DNA of 61,783 nucleotides, counting the filler, from Sphacelaria rigidula (lineage: Eukaryota): the NCBI GenBank assembly GCA_964200075.2. It is 4 parts of 4 records of this genome, joined end to end, with 100 filler letters (N's around TTAATTAATTAA, not from the genome) between each part and the next. Parts side by side here need not be neighbours in the genome. Positions count along the whole stretch, not along the records: positions 1 to 15,373 come from CAXNAA020001776.1; positions 15,474 to 30,845 come from CAXNAA020001777.1; 2 more parts are not named here. One strand, 5' to 3'. Below are positions 11,644 to 23,386 of the stretch, piece after piece. How positions within the stretch are numbered: position 1 is the first letter of the stretch; each line of letters opens with the position of its first letter. Under the pieces are notes generated by a model. The model did not search any database. It was not told the DNA's origin and was given only the letters and a program-made list of their open reading frames with translations. A program made the translations under genes and the position numbers.

Positions 11644-12075
11644 CCTACGGTGCCTGTGCTTCAATCAATGGCCGCCTTAGTTTGTGGTTTTGGCCTCCTG
11701 TTGGTTTGGTGAGGCGATAGCACCCGCTACAGCGCAGCGTTCCTATAGGCACATTCTGACACTGCCCATAAAACAGTGACCCTGTAAATAATGATCAATG
11801 TTGACACTGCCGCCTACGACATCGCAATCATGCCCGTGTACAAGATGTCGGTCGCGTAACAGCTTCACCAACAGCGTTTCTTCAACCCCGCCACTATTTC
11901 GTAGTCCGGAGCTCAACCTAGATAGACGGAGTCATATGCGTTCAGAGGAAGTGTGCGGAGTCTTTCCCTTGATACTTGGAACTATACATGTGGTACTGCA
12001 CTGTATTCGTGTCCGACCGCAGGTTGCCACACAGGAACATCTCCAAGGGCATCAACCCTATACTGCATTCGTCAA

Positions 12076-13960
12076 TCACAGACTCTCAGGAGATAGCAAC
12101 GGCGTCATGAACGCGCAAGGACCATGGGTAAGTTTTCTTGTCTTTCCAAACCACAAAAACGGTCGGTCACGAGTTCGATGTAGTCGCGATACTTCTTGTA
12201 CGCAGTTAGGGCAAATCAGCAAGCGGGTAAGCCCTCTTAGCGACTTCAACGACGTGTAAATGTGTGCGTTTTGATGCGTGCCCTGTCCAATGACCACGCA
12301 GCCGCCGATCGTTTGCGGCGAAACTCGTGTACATTTCGGGAGGCACAAGATCGAGCTCCGCGGCCAACCATGAGGAAGCTCTCTCGAAAGATATCACTGC
12401 GCCACAGAAAGACGGCACGAATTTCGATCAAGCTCTAAGATACCACATGAGTAGTCTCACATGCTCGTCGAAAGCTAGAGTCCCGTTCTCAGCCTCCGAG
12501 ATAAACCTGACTGTCCAAGGGTCGTTTTCGTCGTAGGTGGATAAATCCACTTTTCGCGAGAGCTTGGGGCCTGATCTCCATGCCATCGTGTTTCCCTCAG
12601 TAACCCCTACGCTAGCTCCCACTTTTCGGTAATAATAGATCTGATTGAGGGCACTGGAGAAGAATGACGAGCTCACCAGGATAGAAAAAAGTGAGCGCGC
12701 GGAGTTATACCGCAGCTCGGGCTCCTGGAGGTACTTTACATGATGGCAGGATTCTCAAGTACATTTGGATAATGACAAAGCCGCATACTGAATTCAGACG
12801 GTTCTTGGTTCTCGGTTCTTATTAGATTAACAGGAACGATCGCAGCAACGATACACTGGAAGAGTGCGCTAAAGGGCTGCGTATCTACCTTTGCTTCATA
12901 GTCTGGGAATAAAGGCTGCAGGTGGAAACGATGGTGGGTGAAGTTCGTTACTTGTTTCAAGATTTCGTAGACTCCACCAATGCCATGCAGCGGCGGTCGG
13001 GTTCGACCGCAGCGAAGAGCACTTTTGCACTGTCTACTGGAACGGATTGGGTACTGACTGCTGTTGCACTGACTGCTTTCATTACGCCAGCTGTATGTGT
13101 AGCGGGATGATAGACCTGGGCAATCAGTAATGATTGATAGGGTAGGCCGCTGATGGCACCATTGACACGCGGATCTGTGCTTCCCAAAGACCTTACGACT
13201 TCAAGTTGGCAGCAGTGTCTTGCATACATTTTTGTACTGAACTATACTGCACCATCATACCGCTTTGCGGTATGGAAACTATTTCGGTTAGCATGCTGCC
13301 TCTCTTACATACACATACTCCAGCACTTGGGCAACAGGAGGTATGGTCTAGAACACCCACGGCTGATGAGTTTTTGGGTCCCGAAACCCATCACTCACTT
13401 CTAACACTCCAGAGAATGTGTGTGTGTGTGTACTGCAGAGAATGTGTCAATACTCGATGTTACTGGTGTAGTGCTAAGTGCCAACGGTACCCGAAACCGT
13501 AGCCCTCGCGAGCGTTTTCGAAGAGGGGGTGGTATACTATACCATACACTGGAAGCAAGCGCCGTGTTGTGCCGCATCTGCTTGTCTAGCATCTCGAGTG
13601 CCCTGAAAAGTCTTCAACGTTCGAGCTTCTCCGGCTCAACGAAAACGTGTAAATTCGCGTGCTGCTTCGACATGTAGAGGTGTATTCCCAATATCGAGAG
13701 GCATTGATTGAGGCACCGCTGCTGCGTCAGCTTTTACCCGCAGGATAGTCTTGGTGGTGTACTATACTGGATCAAGCGAAATCTCGCGGTTGGGTTGTAT
13801 GCCCCGAGAAACACTCTTGCGGGGGACCACCCTCTCAGATAACTTGGGCTCAGATCACCTGAGCTTACCGTTCCAAAAAATCCCGGTGGTTATGCCATAT
13901 ATTGCTGAATTGACGGTTACATCCGTGATGACGGAGCATGTGTCATTTTTTGGCTACACA
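12076..13960 (-). pseudogene. Decayed coding-like relic (stop-interrupted frames), origin unclear
   Basis: ORFs 12428-12676 and 12206-12418 are in the same frame, separated by one TGA. The peptide GVTEG..WRSGPKLSRKV recurs as GITTG..LR*SEPKLSERV near 13830-13890. Confidence 0.3.
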
Positions 13961-14618
13961 GTACACTGAAGAGGGAGAAACGAACGTAGCTCACATGAGC
14001 CACTAAGCGATGGTGTTTCGGTGTGCGAACTGCCTACATATTGGGGCATACAATATTTTCCTAAGTTTTTTATCGTTCCTGGGCACGACTGATGACTGAA
14101 CGAGTTGAACAAGTTCTTGGATAATGAAGTGATGGGTTGATCGGTTGATTGATCACTTCATTGTCGCACGTTAACTGGTCCCCTGGTAATCCAGCCGTGT
14201 TTATAAGACAGATACACTGTACTTTACCCAAGGCAAATGAAACCAAGTGTGACTTCGATATCAACGTGTCGCGGGAATGAGATCGTGGCATCCATTATTG
14301 GTACAGTGTTGGCCAGAGCACTATCGTGCTATCATGCTGTCGGATAGTGCTTTGGTCACACACATGAAACATAACAATGAAGTTACAGTGAAACTCAAGC
14401 GTTTCTTTTCTTACCGTCACACAAGCTGGGCCGGGCGGGGGCTCAGGGATTCGCCAAGATCATACCATGTCGTCCTGTTTGACTTTTTTCATGTTCCTTC
14501 TTTTTACTCATCAAGTGTTTCACCTTTGTTTCTCTTGGGTACGTCTAATCATATGACCATGGCTGGACCCCCGGGGGGTCAGTAAGAGAGCGACAATCAA
14601 TCAAAATCAATCAATCGC

Positions 14619-14852
14619 CACGCGGAGCCATGCTTTTTGAGTTGGATCCTGAAATTTTGACACATGACTGACAGGGTACTCGCCGGGACATACTTTGTAT
14701 TCCTGGTTATTATATTTTTTGTTCAGGTACGACCATGTCTCAAATTTTGACTCGTGATCGGCAACGTACTCGCCGACACGTGTCTCGAAACCCAAAAGTT
14801 TTTTTCTTGTCAAAATTTCAAGCATACCGCTCAAAAAGGTTGGCTCCGCGTG
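14619..14852. repeat. ~45-bp inverted repeat pair (MITE-like)
   Basis: cacgcggagccatgctttttgagttggatcctgaaattttgaca vs tgtcaaaatttcaagcataccgctcaaaaaggttggctccgcgtg. Confidence 0.65.
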
Positions 14853-15373
14853 ATTGGCTTTCGAAACTGGGACTTGAAAAACGGACGTGTCATTCCCAAG
14901 GCACTCGCCGACACAGTTCGACAAGCCCTTTTTTTTTTTTGCGGGGATCTTTCGACCAGAAAAGGTATATAGCTTCACCTTTTTCGCCTGTAAAAGGTGC
15001 TATGTCGGACCAGATGTGCAGAGTTGGAAAAACTGCAGCATAAACACCGTTTCTGATCAGAATTATTCAGGCACATCAACCGGGGATATTTGCTGCGCCT
15101 GTAACCTGAAGGAAAAAGTCGACGAACAGTATTCTCCCCTCGCACGGCCCATACACGAAACTGGGCTCCTCAAACCCATCTTCGCTAGACGGAAATTCCC
15201 GAGGTATACCGAATCTGTCGGGGGGGGGGGTTTAATGCCATCCCTCCCGACCTTTTCTAGTCAAGCATGAATTACCCAAGGATCTAATGTACCTCATGCA
15301 GTCCACGCGACACTTTCGACGATAGCCCCCCCCCAAAACCAGCTAAAAGTGTCACGAAAAAAATGGCCATACA

Positions 15374-15473
15374 NNNNNNNNNNNNNNNNNNNNNNNNNNN
15401 NNNNNNNNNNNNNNNNNTTAATTAATTAANNNNNNNNNNNNNNNNNNNNNNNNNNNNNNNNNNNNNNNNNNNN
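15374..15473. other. Artificial contig linker
   Basis: 44 N + TTAATTAATTAA (stops in all six frames) + 44 N. Confidence 0.98.
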
Positions 15474-15532
15474 GTAGGGACGTTCAAATTCCGATGCGGT
15501 CCTCTAAGCACGCGGTCCTCTCACGCATTACA
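15474..15532. mobile_element. Right-end TIR fragment of the TGT...ACA (Ginger-like) family, cut by the contig start
   Basis: ccgatgcggtcctctaagcacgcggtcctctcacgcattaca matches the ends at 22797 and 23775. Confidence 0.75.
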
Positions 15533-16313
15533 CTCGCTTCGGAGATACGACGACGTTCTTCATCAAGACACTAAATTCCACTGCCTGACCCTAGCGAATC
15601 CTAGTTTACAATGCGTAGTAAATATTCGTCTCCATCAAGTGCCGCCGGTGAGAAATGCGTGGTGGGAGAGGGACCTTGCCGGACTTAGAAACGTCATTTC
15701 CTCTCGCTATGTTGTGCAAAACCCACGCCCATCCCCTCACCCCCTGCGCGTGATTATCCTCAGATCCAACGAACATGAAGGTGTGGGAATAGATGTATCT
15801 GGTCGTTACCGAACGTGGGAAAATTAGCATCGTGGAAACATGGTTGATTGCCATGTGATTTTCCTCGGAATATGTACGGGTGATGAACAGGTTTTCAATG
15901 CTCAGGCGCTTCATCAATAACGCTACGACTCGGTGTTTCTCAGCCCCAACGACTCAGTTGGTGAGCGTAGACTCTATTCGACCATCAAGTCTGCCGTGTT
16001 TGTAGATACCGGGGCGCAATTTGTCTCGGGTACGTTAATCATGCGACAACGGGTGGATCCCTGGAGGATCAGTGTGTGTGCATCGATCAATCGATCAGTC
16101 AACAATCAGGTCCGGAGGCCACTATATTCCTGCAGGAAATTTTTGTCAAACTTTGAGTGTAGGCGTCCATATTCACTATTCGTGAACTTTTTCGAGATAA
16201 TGTGTTTTCGTGTGCTCCGGGCTGTCATTTTCATGTTTCTGTTTGTTTTCTGTTTTGATTCATATTTAGACGGTTTTTAGCACGACGAGAACAAAAACAA
16301 CAAGTCATGCTAC

Positions 16314-16563
16314 GAGCAATGCTACGGTAGCGGTGCACTTTTTGCGCGAATTCTTGTCTGGTTCAGGGGCTCGTAACAATTCTAGATGCACAGGAGTATA
16401 GGTCAGGGCATCCCCGTTTGCGATTTCATTCGGGATATCCCCAGCACATTGGAGTAGTAATCCTGGCGAACTCTCACATATTTTCATAAGTCGTGTTTTG
16501 CATAAGATATAGGGCTCCTAACAATTCTAACCCCAGAGAATATTTGTGCACCCCTACCGTAGC
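16314..16563. mobile_element. ~250-bp MITE, TIR (AT)GCTACGGTAGGGGTGCA, copy A
   Basis: gctacggtagcggtgcac ... gtgcacccctaccgtagc. Body shared with copies at 25495, 26134 and 46153. Confidence 0.85.
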
Positions 16564-17018
16564 GCGTTACCTGCGATAGGGAGGGGGGGGGGGTGATTTC
16601 ACCAAAACATGGGCTCAAAGATGCTTCAGACGACCTAACACACTTAAGGTGCGCTTTTATTTGGGTAAAAGCAGTGTCAAGCAGTACGAATGGGCTTTTT
16701 TTTTTATCAGAAGCAAGCGCGTTCGAACAACCGTTGCTGCTATCAACCACGGTTTCAAGTGAAATTTCGTCAACGAAAACAGCCCACAACACCCCTCCCT
16801 TGTCGTAGCATGACTCCAACCGTGACCACGTAGCTCAGCCCTCCTCCATAACAAAAGAGTTTCGAGTTCGCGCACGACCGACACGACAAACCAAATCGTA
16901 GCGCAAGGTTGGGAAATTCACCCTTTTGTCAACCATGATGGATGCGTTCAAAGCCTGCCTACAAAGGTAGGGTACCTTTGTCCACGTGCGTACACTCAGC
17001 GCTTCTCTTTGCTCTCAC

Positions 17019-20000
17019 CGTTGCGTTGGCAGGACCGAAACCGTCGACCCATCCGCTGGCGTATGCAGTCACGGTGGTTACCGTGTCAGCGGGCACTGAA
17101 AGGAAAGAAAGAAGCCAATAAATAACACCAGAGGGTGGGATGATGGGACGGAGTTGGCAAGAGCTCGTCATTATTGTTGGATGTAGGCCGGAGAGTCAGA
17201 TCGGATTTGGGTTGGCAATATATATATATATACAAGGAAAAGTTGACGTCGCCCCTATTTTGCTTTCGTTTCTAGGTATGTCCGCCCATCCGGAACCCGA
17301 GGTATGATGCCAGCTGCTTTTGACCAGTTTCGAAACCCTTGGAAAATATGCCGGTAAAGACAGCAACTTTCACGCAGGACCGCTCACTTCAAACGGAACG
17401 TGGCGCGTCACGACTTTTGACATATTTACATTCTTGAGCCTGAGCCGCTGGGAACCCCAGAGGTGGCTTTGTTGGCACTTTGAGCGAGGTGTTGGAGAAA
17501 ATTTACCTTACACGACTCGCAAAGGGAATAGTGCCCTCTGCTCGAAACCGCTACGCGAGAACATAAATCGGTGTTGTCACGTACCAACACCAGATTTGCG
17601 CGGCCACAGGACATCGGGACTTTCTCCAAGATCGCAGCAGTCGCCGAGTGGTTCTACATCAAACATGGACAGCTTTCAAAGAATGTACGGGGTGCAGTAT
17701 CGTCCTGCAGTTTACTGTTGCAATGCCCAAACAAAAATCTGCCGCTCGTTCACTTGGTGAAAACAAGAGGCTTCACGGATGAGTGTTCGGTTCGTGAACC
17801 TTTTCGATTAGGAAACAGCGCAAGCATTAGCGGCCGATGCGACGAATACAAAGGCACCCGCCGAATAGTCAACACTCCCGCTAATCACTGCAGTTGTTCG
17901 GCACCCTTCGACCTCGTCCTTGCAAGCCAGACAGCGCGGAATGCTCTGTGTGTCGACACCGCACCCTTCACTAAGTACAACGGATTGTATAACTGAGACA
18001 CCTCATACTTGTGTCAGACTAAAAATCCATGTCAAGCGGCTCGTAACGCCAAAACCACTGGGGCACCAGGGTTATTCAAAGCACGACACTCGCATACACG
18101 TGCTTCATAGGCCCTGAAAGCCGATGTGCCTCTGTGTCAACTATACCGTAGTGCTCCCGGCAATTATCGCCCATGATGCCGTATGGGCGGGGATGAGGTA
18201 GCCGTTTCAAGGACGATGGCGGGAACCGTTTTGCTGGAAGCTCCTCTCTCCCCTTGTTAGTATCGTGCGAGGTCACGGATCTCTGACTTCTGACGACCAA
18301 TGAAATGGGGCCCGAGAGCTACAAAAGGAGTGATGAAAATATAGATGTGTGTGTCAGGAAAAATTCGAAGAGTGCCCCCACCCATCCAATGTCGAAACAA
18401 CTCCGCGCTTTGCTCACCATCGTTCCACGCTTCCGCCGCGGGAATGAACACATCAGTCTCGGTCACCTCTGCATAAATTTTCACCTGTCAGGAAAAGACG
18501 GCAAGGAGCATGGAACAAGTCTAACGAATACGGAAAGAAAGAGTCCACGCGCACGATGCGTGTTTTGTGTTGTCATTCCATCTATATCAATGTTTTCGTG
18601 AGATTGAGAGTAACAAATCGGACCGAGGATCAACAATTTATTCGAAAGACGGTCACATGCACCTTTCCATATTGTTGCACGACACGTTGACGCGTAGCAT
18701 AATGCGAGGCTAGTTCACCATCGTTGGGCTACATTATAGAATGGTTGACACAATTTTACAAGTATCGCTATCCTTACCCCTAACCCTAACCCCAACCCAA
18801 TGCATACAGAGAACCCTCGGGCAAGGGCGGAACATACATTCCCTCGGCAAAGTGCGGCCTTGTTAGATTCCAAATCGGCGCCTGTGGCGCCGATTTCAAC
18901 GAAGAAGCGTTCTGTGCACGGAAGGAGCACGCGGGACTGTCAGCCTCACTAAAAATTCTCATCCTCGTCGTTCACACTCAAATCGAGTAATATCGACCGT
19001 TCTAAAACGTAGCCCAACGCCGGTAAACTCTACTGAAAACAATTGTCAGCAGATACCCCTACAATAGGGTTCACGAGCCTAAGACGATAGAATATCAAGG
19101 CTGCATGCGCCTGTTGATGATTTGCGTGTGATGTCTCGCATGTTCATGTCGACAAAAACACAACACGTCGTGGGTCACAGTAGTTCGAGTTCGTTATCGC
19201 ATAAGACTGTTGACATCTTCGCAGACTGTAGCGTAGGTCCCAACCGTTAAGTTCCGGCTCGAATCTTTTCTTGGTCTGAGCTTCGACATAATGCTCATGA
19301 CCACCATACACCTGCACCAGCTATCTGGCAACAACATGCCGCTTGTGTGTGCAACCATTTTATAATATAGCCAAACCACGACTCGGAAAATAATCGGAAC
19401 CAATGAAAATCCAATCCTTGTTGTCCTGAGCGCAATGCTTTTCTCCATGAAAAGAAAAACTGACGGCGATGACCGCTCGATTCTTGGGAATAGTACTCGA
19501 CCGGTAGGGTACCCTTTCATTGTATACATGATAATCGGAATAACTTCGTGATGACATGGGGATTTCACGATGCAACCTATTGGGTGGCTGTCGATAAAGC
19601 ATGTTTGATTTGTTGAAACTATGTGTGTAATGCATATCAATCACGGTGCGGACGAATCATCGCCGGTTCGAATCACGACATCCACGATTTTTCAGGCCTG
19701 GTTGCTCGAAGAAGAGCAAAATGTTGACCGCTGATCGAAAAGACTTCGGCGCAATTTTTTGCGCGTACCTGGGTTGCAACGCTGATAACACTGCCGAAGG
19801 ATTGATTCGTGCGGTACAAATCCATGACACGAAAATCAAGGAGTTTCCAAACGAATCATCAATTCGTCCGACTCTTGATATCAATGTCTTTAATTCGAAC
19901 TGGAACCGGTAAGAGATTCGTAATCAGGTAACATTAGCTTTGAAACTACTATTGGGAGCACAGGCGGGGACGTCACTACCGATTATCAAGGAGGCGGCCG

Positions 20001-23000
20001 ATCGACGGAGGCTAGTTAACCGTCGTTGGACTATTCTATACACAATTTTACAAGTATCGCTATCCTCACCCCTAACCCCAACCGAACGCATACAGGGAAC
20101 CCTCGGGCAAGGGCGGGACATACATTCGCTAGACAAAGTGCGGCCTTGTTAGACCCCAAATCGGCGCATGTGACAACTGTGGGGGTATTTGGGGAACATC
20201 GCTCGAATGAAACATGTAGAATAGTATTCAGGGGTATCGTAGTACATATTTCCCGGATCAAAGTCGAAATTTCCTTGCTTGAAAGCTTTATACCCGTTGC
20301 AATGAACGACTACTTTCCAAGAAAACCACCCGTTATTTCAGGACTTCCCCTGGGGTCTAATCCTAACCCTGAGGTTGTCACAAATCCTATTTGAGGGGGA
20401 GGGTGCCAGCGCTTTCTGTCGCTGGATCAGACCCCGTTTGGGACCGTCAGGAGGGATATTCAAACTACAGCTGATGCGGGTTCTAAATTTAAAGAAACGG
20501 CTCGGATTTTGCAAGCGTGTTGCATTACAGTACAGAAGTATCCTTCGACAGCCCCACCGCGAAACCGGTTCTCAACACAGCCACGACGGAAGTGGCCATA
20601 CAAGGCGTGATAGCTGGTTCAGACTGGATGAAGCGCCTCGCATGGGCACTACTGGCGAAACAACCCCGAGCGTCGGACTAACCCTTACCCCCGTTGTGTG
20701 TGTGCAGCTTTATTGTGGGACATCCATTTCATCCAACTGACGACTGTACTGTAGTGATGCTGTACTCTGGTGTGCTGGTATATCTCAGCAGACTGCTGAA
20801 TGATGCTACGTTTCAAATATCGCTGGCGTCTGTCGCTGCATTGGATCGTTTCGCTGACGTCGGTCATCACCAGCGCAAGAATATGAAGTCTCTCTCAGAT
20901 ACTCAACAAGAGGCGCTCGAAAACTCGATGACTAGTCCAAAGAAGCATCTTTTCAGCATGCTTTGTCACGTGTTCCGTAGCGCTTAGACGCAGGTCCTGC
21001 TCAAAAGATGCCGCACAAGGACGCTGTGTTTTTTGTTGGATTGATCATCATCATGCTTGCGCTACCGTGCAGAAACCTCTGGGTTAGGGTTACGTGGTTG
21101 AAACCGCTTGCGAATCCCGAGCGTTTTGGACGAAACAAATGAAATTTCGATTGTCAGTTAAACCTCACCCAAATATTGAAAATCAAAAACGAATCCAGGC
21201 TGTTAGTAGCAGAGTAACAAGGCCAAGTAAGCTCAAGTAGATATAGTGTAGACGATTGCAGCACATCCACGGTAACAGCTGGCAAGACTACCACGCCAGC
21301 AGCAGCAGTTGAACGGGACGAGACAGTTTGGTCGGCCGTACGTGTACAGTGCTGATTTTTGTTCCAGTAAGTGATAGCGCTTCGGTTCGGTCTCGATCGC
21401 CACCGTACTCACTCTCCCAGCCTACCAATATTTCCTCCAGCTCTTAGCGTGAAAGAGAGACTGTGCTTGATTCTATTTTGGTCGAAAAGCCCCCCCGAAG
21501 ACCATCAGAATGTTTTTTTCGCTGCAAGTCGCAAGTGAGCTTCACAGCCACTGTGTAACCTCTGCCAGTCTGTCTAATGAGACAGCGCCATACAAGCCTA
21601 GATTTTCAACAGCCTGCCACTTGTGCCCCACTGTAAGACGTGGGAGGACCGCGTGCTTTTTGGACCTAATCGAAATTTGAACACCCCAGGACCGACGTAT
21701 CGGGAGGACTGCGCGGACGTCGTCAATCCAGGGACAGCGCCCCGAGAAAACCTGGGCCGCGCATTTATCGAATTCGGGGTAGCGAAGCCAGGCGAGGTGA
21801 CTGTAGCGAAAGGACGACGATGCAGTTTGCCTCGAAAGGGAGGTAAACGAGAATTTCAAAATTGTTCAATTCAGGCACCCGCAACTCGCGTGGGAGTCAC
21901 TCTCGCATGTCAGTTGTGCGGTGAGAAAAAGTTGGCACCAGTTTATTTTGGGGAGGTATTAGTGCTTACCACGTCGTCGTGACCATGGACGAACTGATGC
22001 TCGGCGATTCAAGGTACCAGATGCCGAGACGACCCATCTGCTGGGTAGTAACAGGTATCAGATACCGAGACGAGTTATCTGATTGATACTTGCAGGTGCT
22101 GACACGCGGGTTTGCATGCGATCCATTTTGTCAGTCAGGACAGCTTCAAGGTAAACACAAAGGTCAAGACCATGGGCCTTACTTTTTCTCTTCCGCGAAG
22201 ATGGCATCGGAGGGACGTGGTCTTCACTTGTGTGTTTATCTTGATGCTGTCCTCAATAACGAAGCGGGCCGCATGCAGCCCACGTTTCAGTGCCGGTAAG
22301 TATCGAGCAGATGGGTCGTCTCGGTATCTGGTACCTGTAAGTACGGAGCAGATGAGTCGTTTCGACATCTGATACCGGTTAGCACCGAGCATACGAGTCG
22401 TCTCGGCATCTGGTACCTTCAATCGCAGAGCATCAGTTCATTGAGGCGGTCATGACGACGTGGTAGGCGCCGACCCCCCAGAAAATACACTGGTGCCAAT
22501 TCTTCTCCACCACAATTCACACGTGAGAGTGACTCCCACGCGAGGTACGGGTGCCTGAATGGAACAGTTATGAAATCCTCGTTCACCTCTATTTCGAGGC
22601 ACACTCCATCATCGTCCTGTCGCTGCAGTCACCTCGCCTACCTTTACTACCCCTGGCTCTACAAATGCGCGGCCCAGGTTTGCTGGGGGCGCGGTCCCTG
22701 GATTGACGACGTCCGCACGGTCCTCCCGACACGTTGGTCCTGGAGCGTTCTAACTCCGATGCGGTCCAAAACGCACGCGGTCCTCCCACGCGATACACCA
22801 CGCCCCAATGTTGACAAACGATATCACACAGAGATCTCTAGTATAGGATACAAAGAGAGACAAAGTCATCGTCTCCCTTGGTCGGGCATCGCCGCCCATC
22901 CCGTTCGCCATTGGAACAAAATCATCTCTCCCTCTTCCATTCGCAAGCTTCCAATGAAAACAAAACATCTTCTACGAAAGCCTTGGTCGACCCAGAGCTA

Positions 23001-23339
23001 CCTGACTGAAATTGACCGGCGGCCATATGCGAAATTTCAACTTCGAGCTCGTCCCTAATCTGAGGATTCGTTCCGGAATTCACAAATATGTTGTCAAGGC
23101 CGGTTATAGTCAAATATTTTATTAACATGCTCCCGGTGCCCGAACCAACCGGTACGTGACCCGCGTTGTCTCTGACTCGGAGTCAGCGGAGGAAAGGTGG
23201 GGTTACCCGGGATATGTTCTTCCTGTCGTGTCCTATCCTCCCGACTGCTGCCTTTCCTCCGTGACCATTACGAACTCTGGCGCTTTCTCTTAGCTTCGTT
23301 TCCTGGTGTTTATTATGTTGCTTGTTTCTGTACTCCTTC

Positions 23340-23386
<47 letters not shown>

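Noticed and set aside
11372..11700. Upstream ankyrin-like exons (ADPNLCN) of the 9449-10509 gene
   Set aside because: The candidate preceding exon (11645-11697) has stops in all three frames; it may be 5' UTR and is not supportable as CDS
15418..15429. TTAATTAATTAA as a biological motif (piggyBac TTAA site or recurring boundary)
   Set aside because: Always centred in 88 N; it is a standard six-frame stop linker
19194..19912. Endogenous virus (phaeovirus-like) ORF remnants
   Set aside because: No recognisable viral motif; only short ORFs on both strands within an intron
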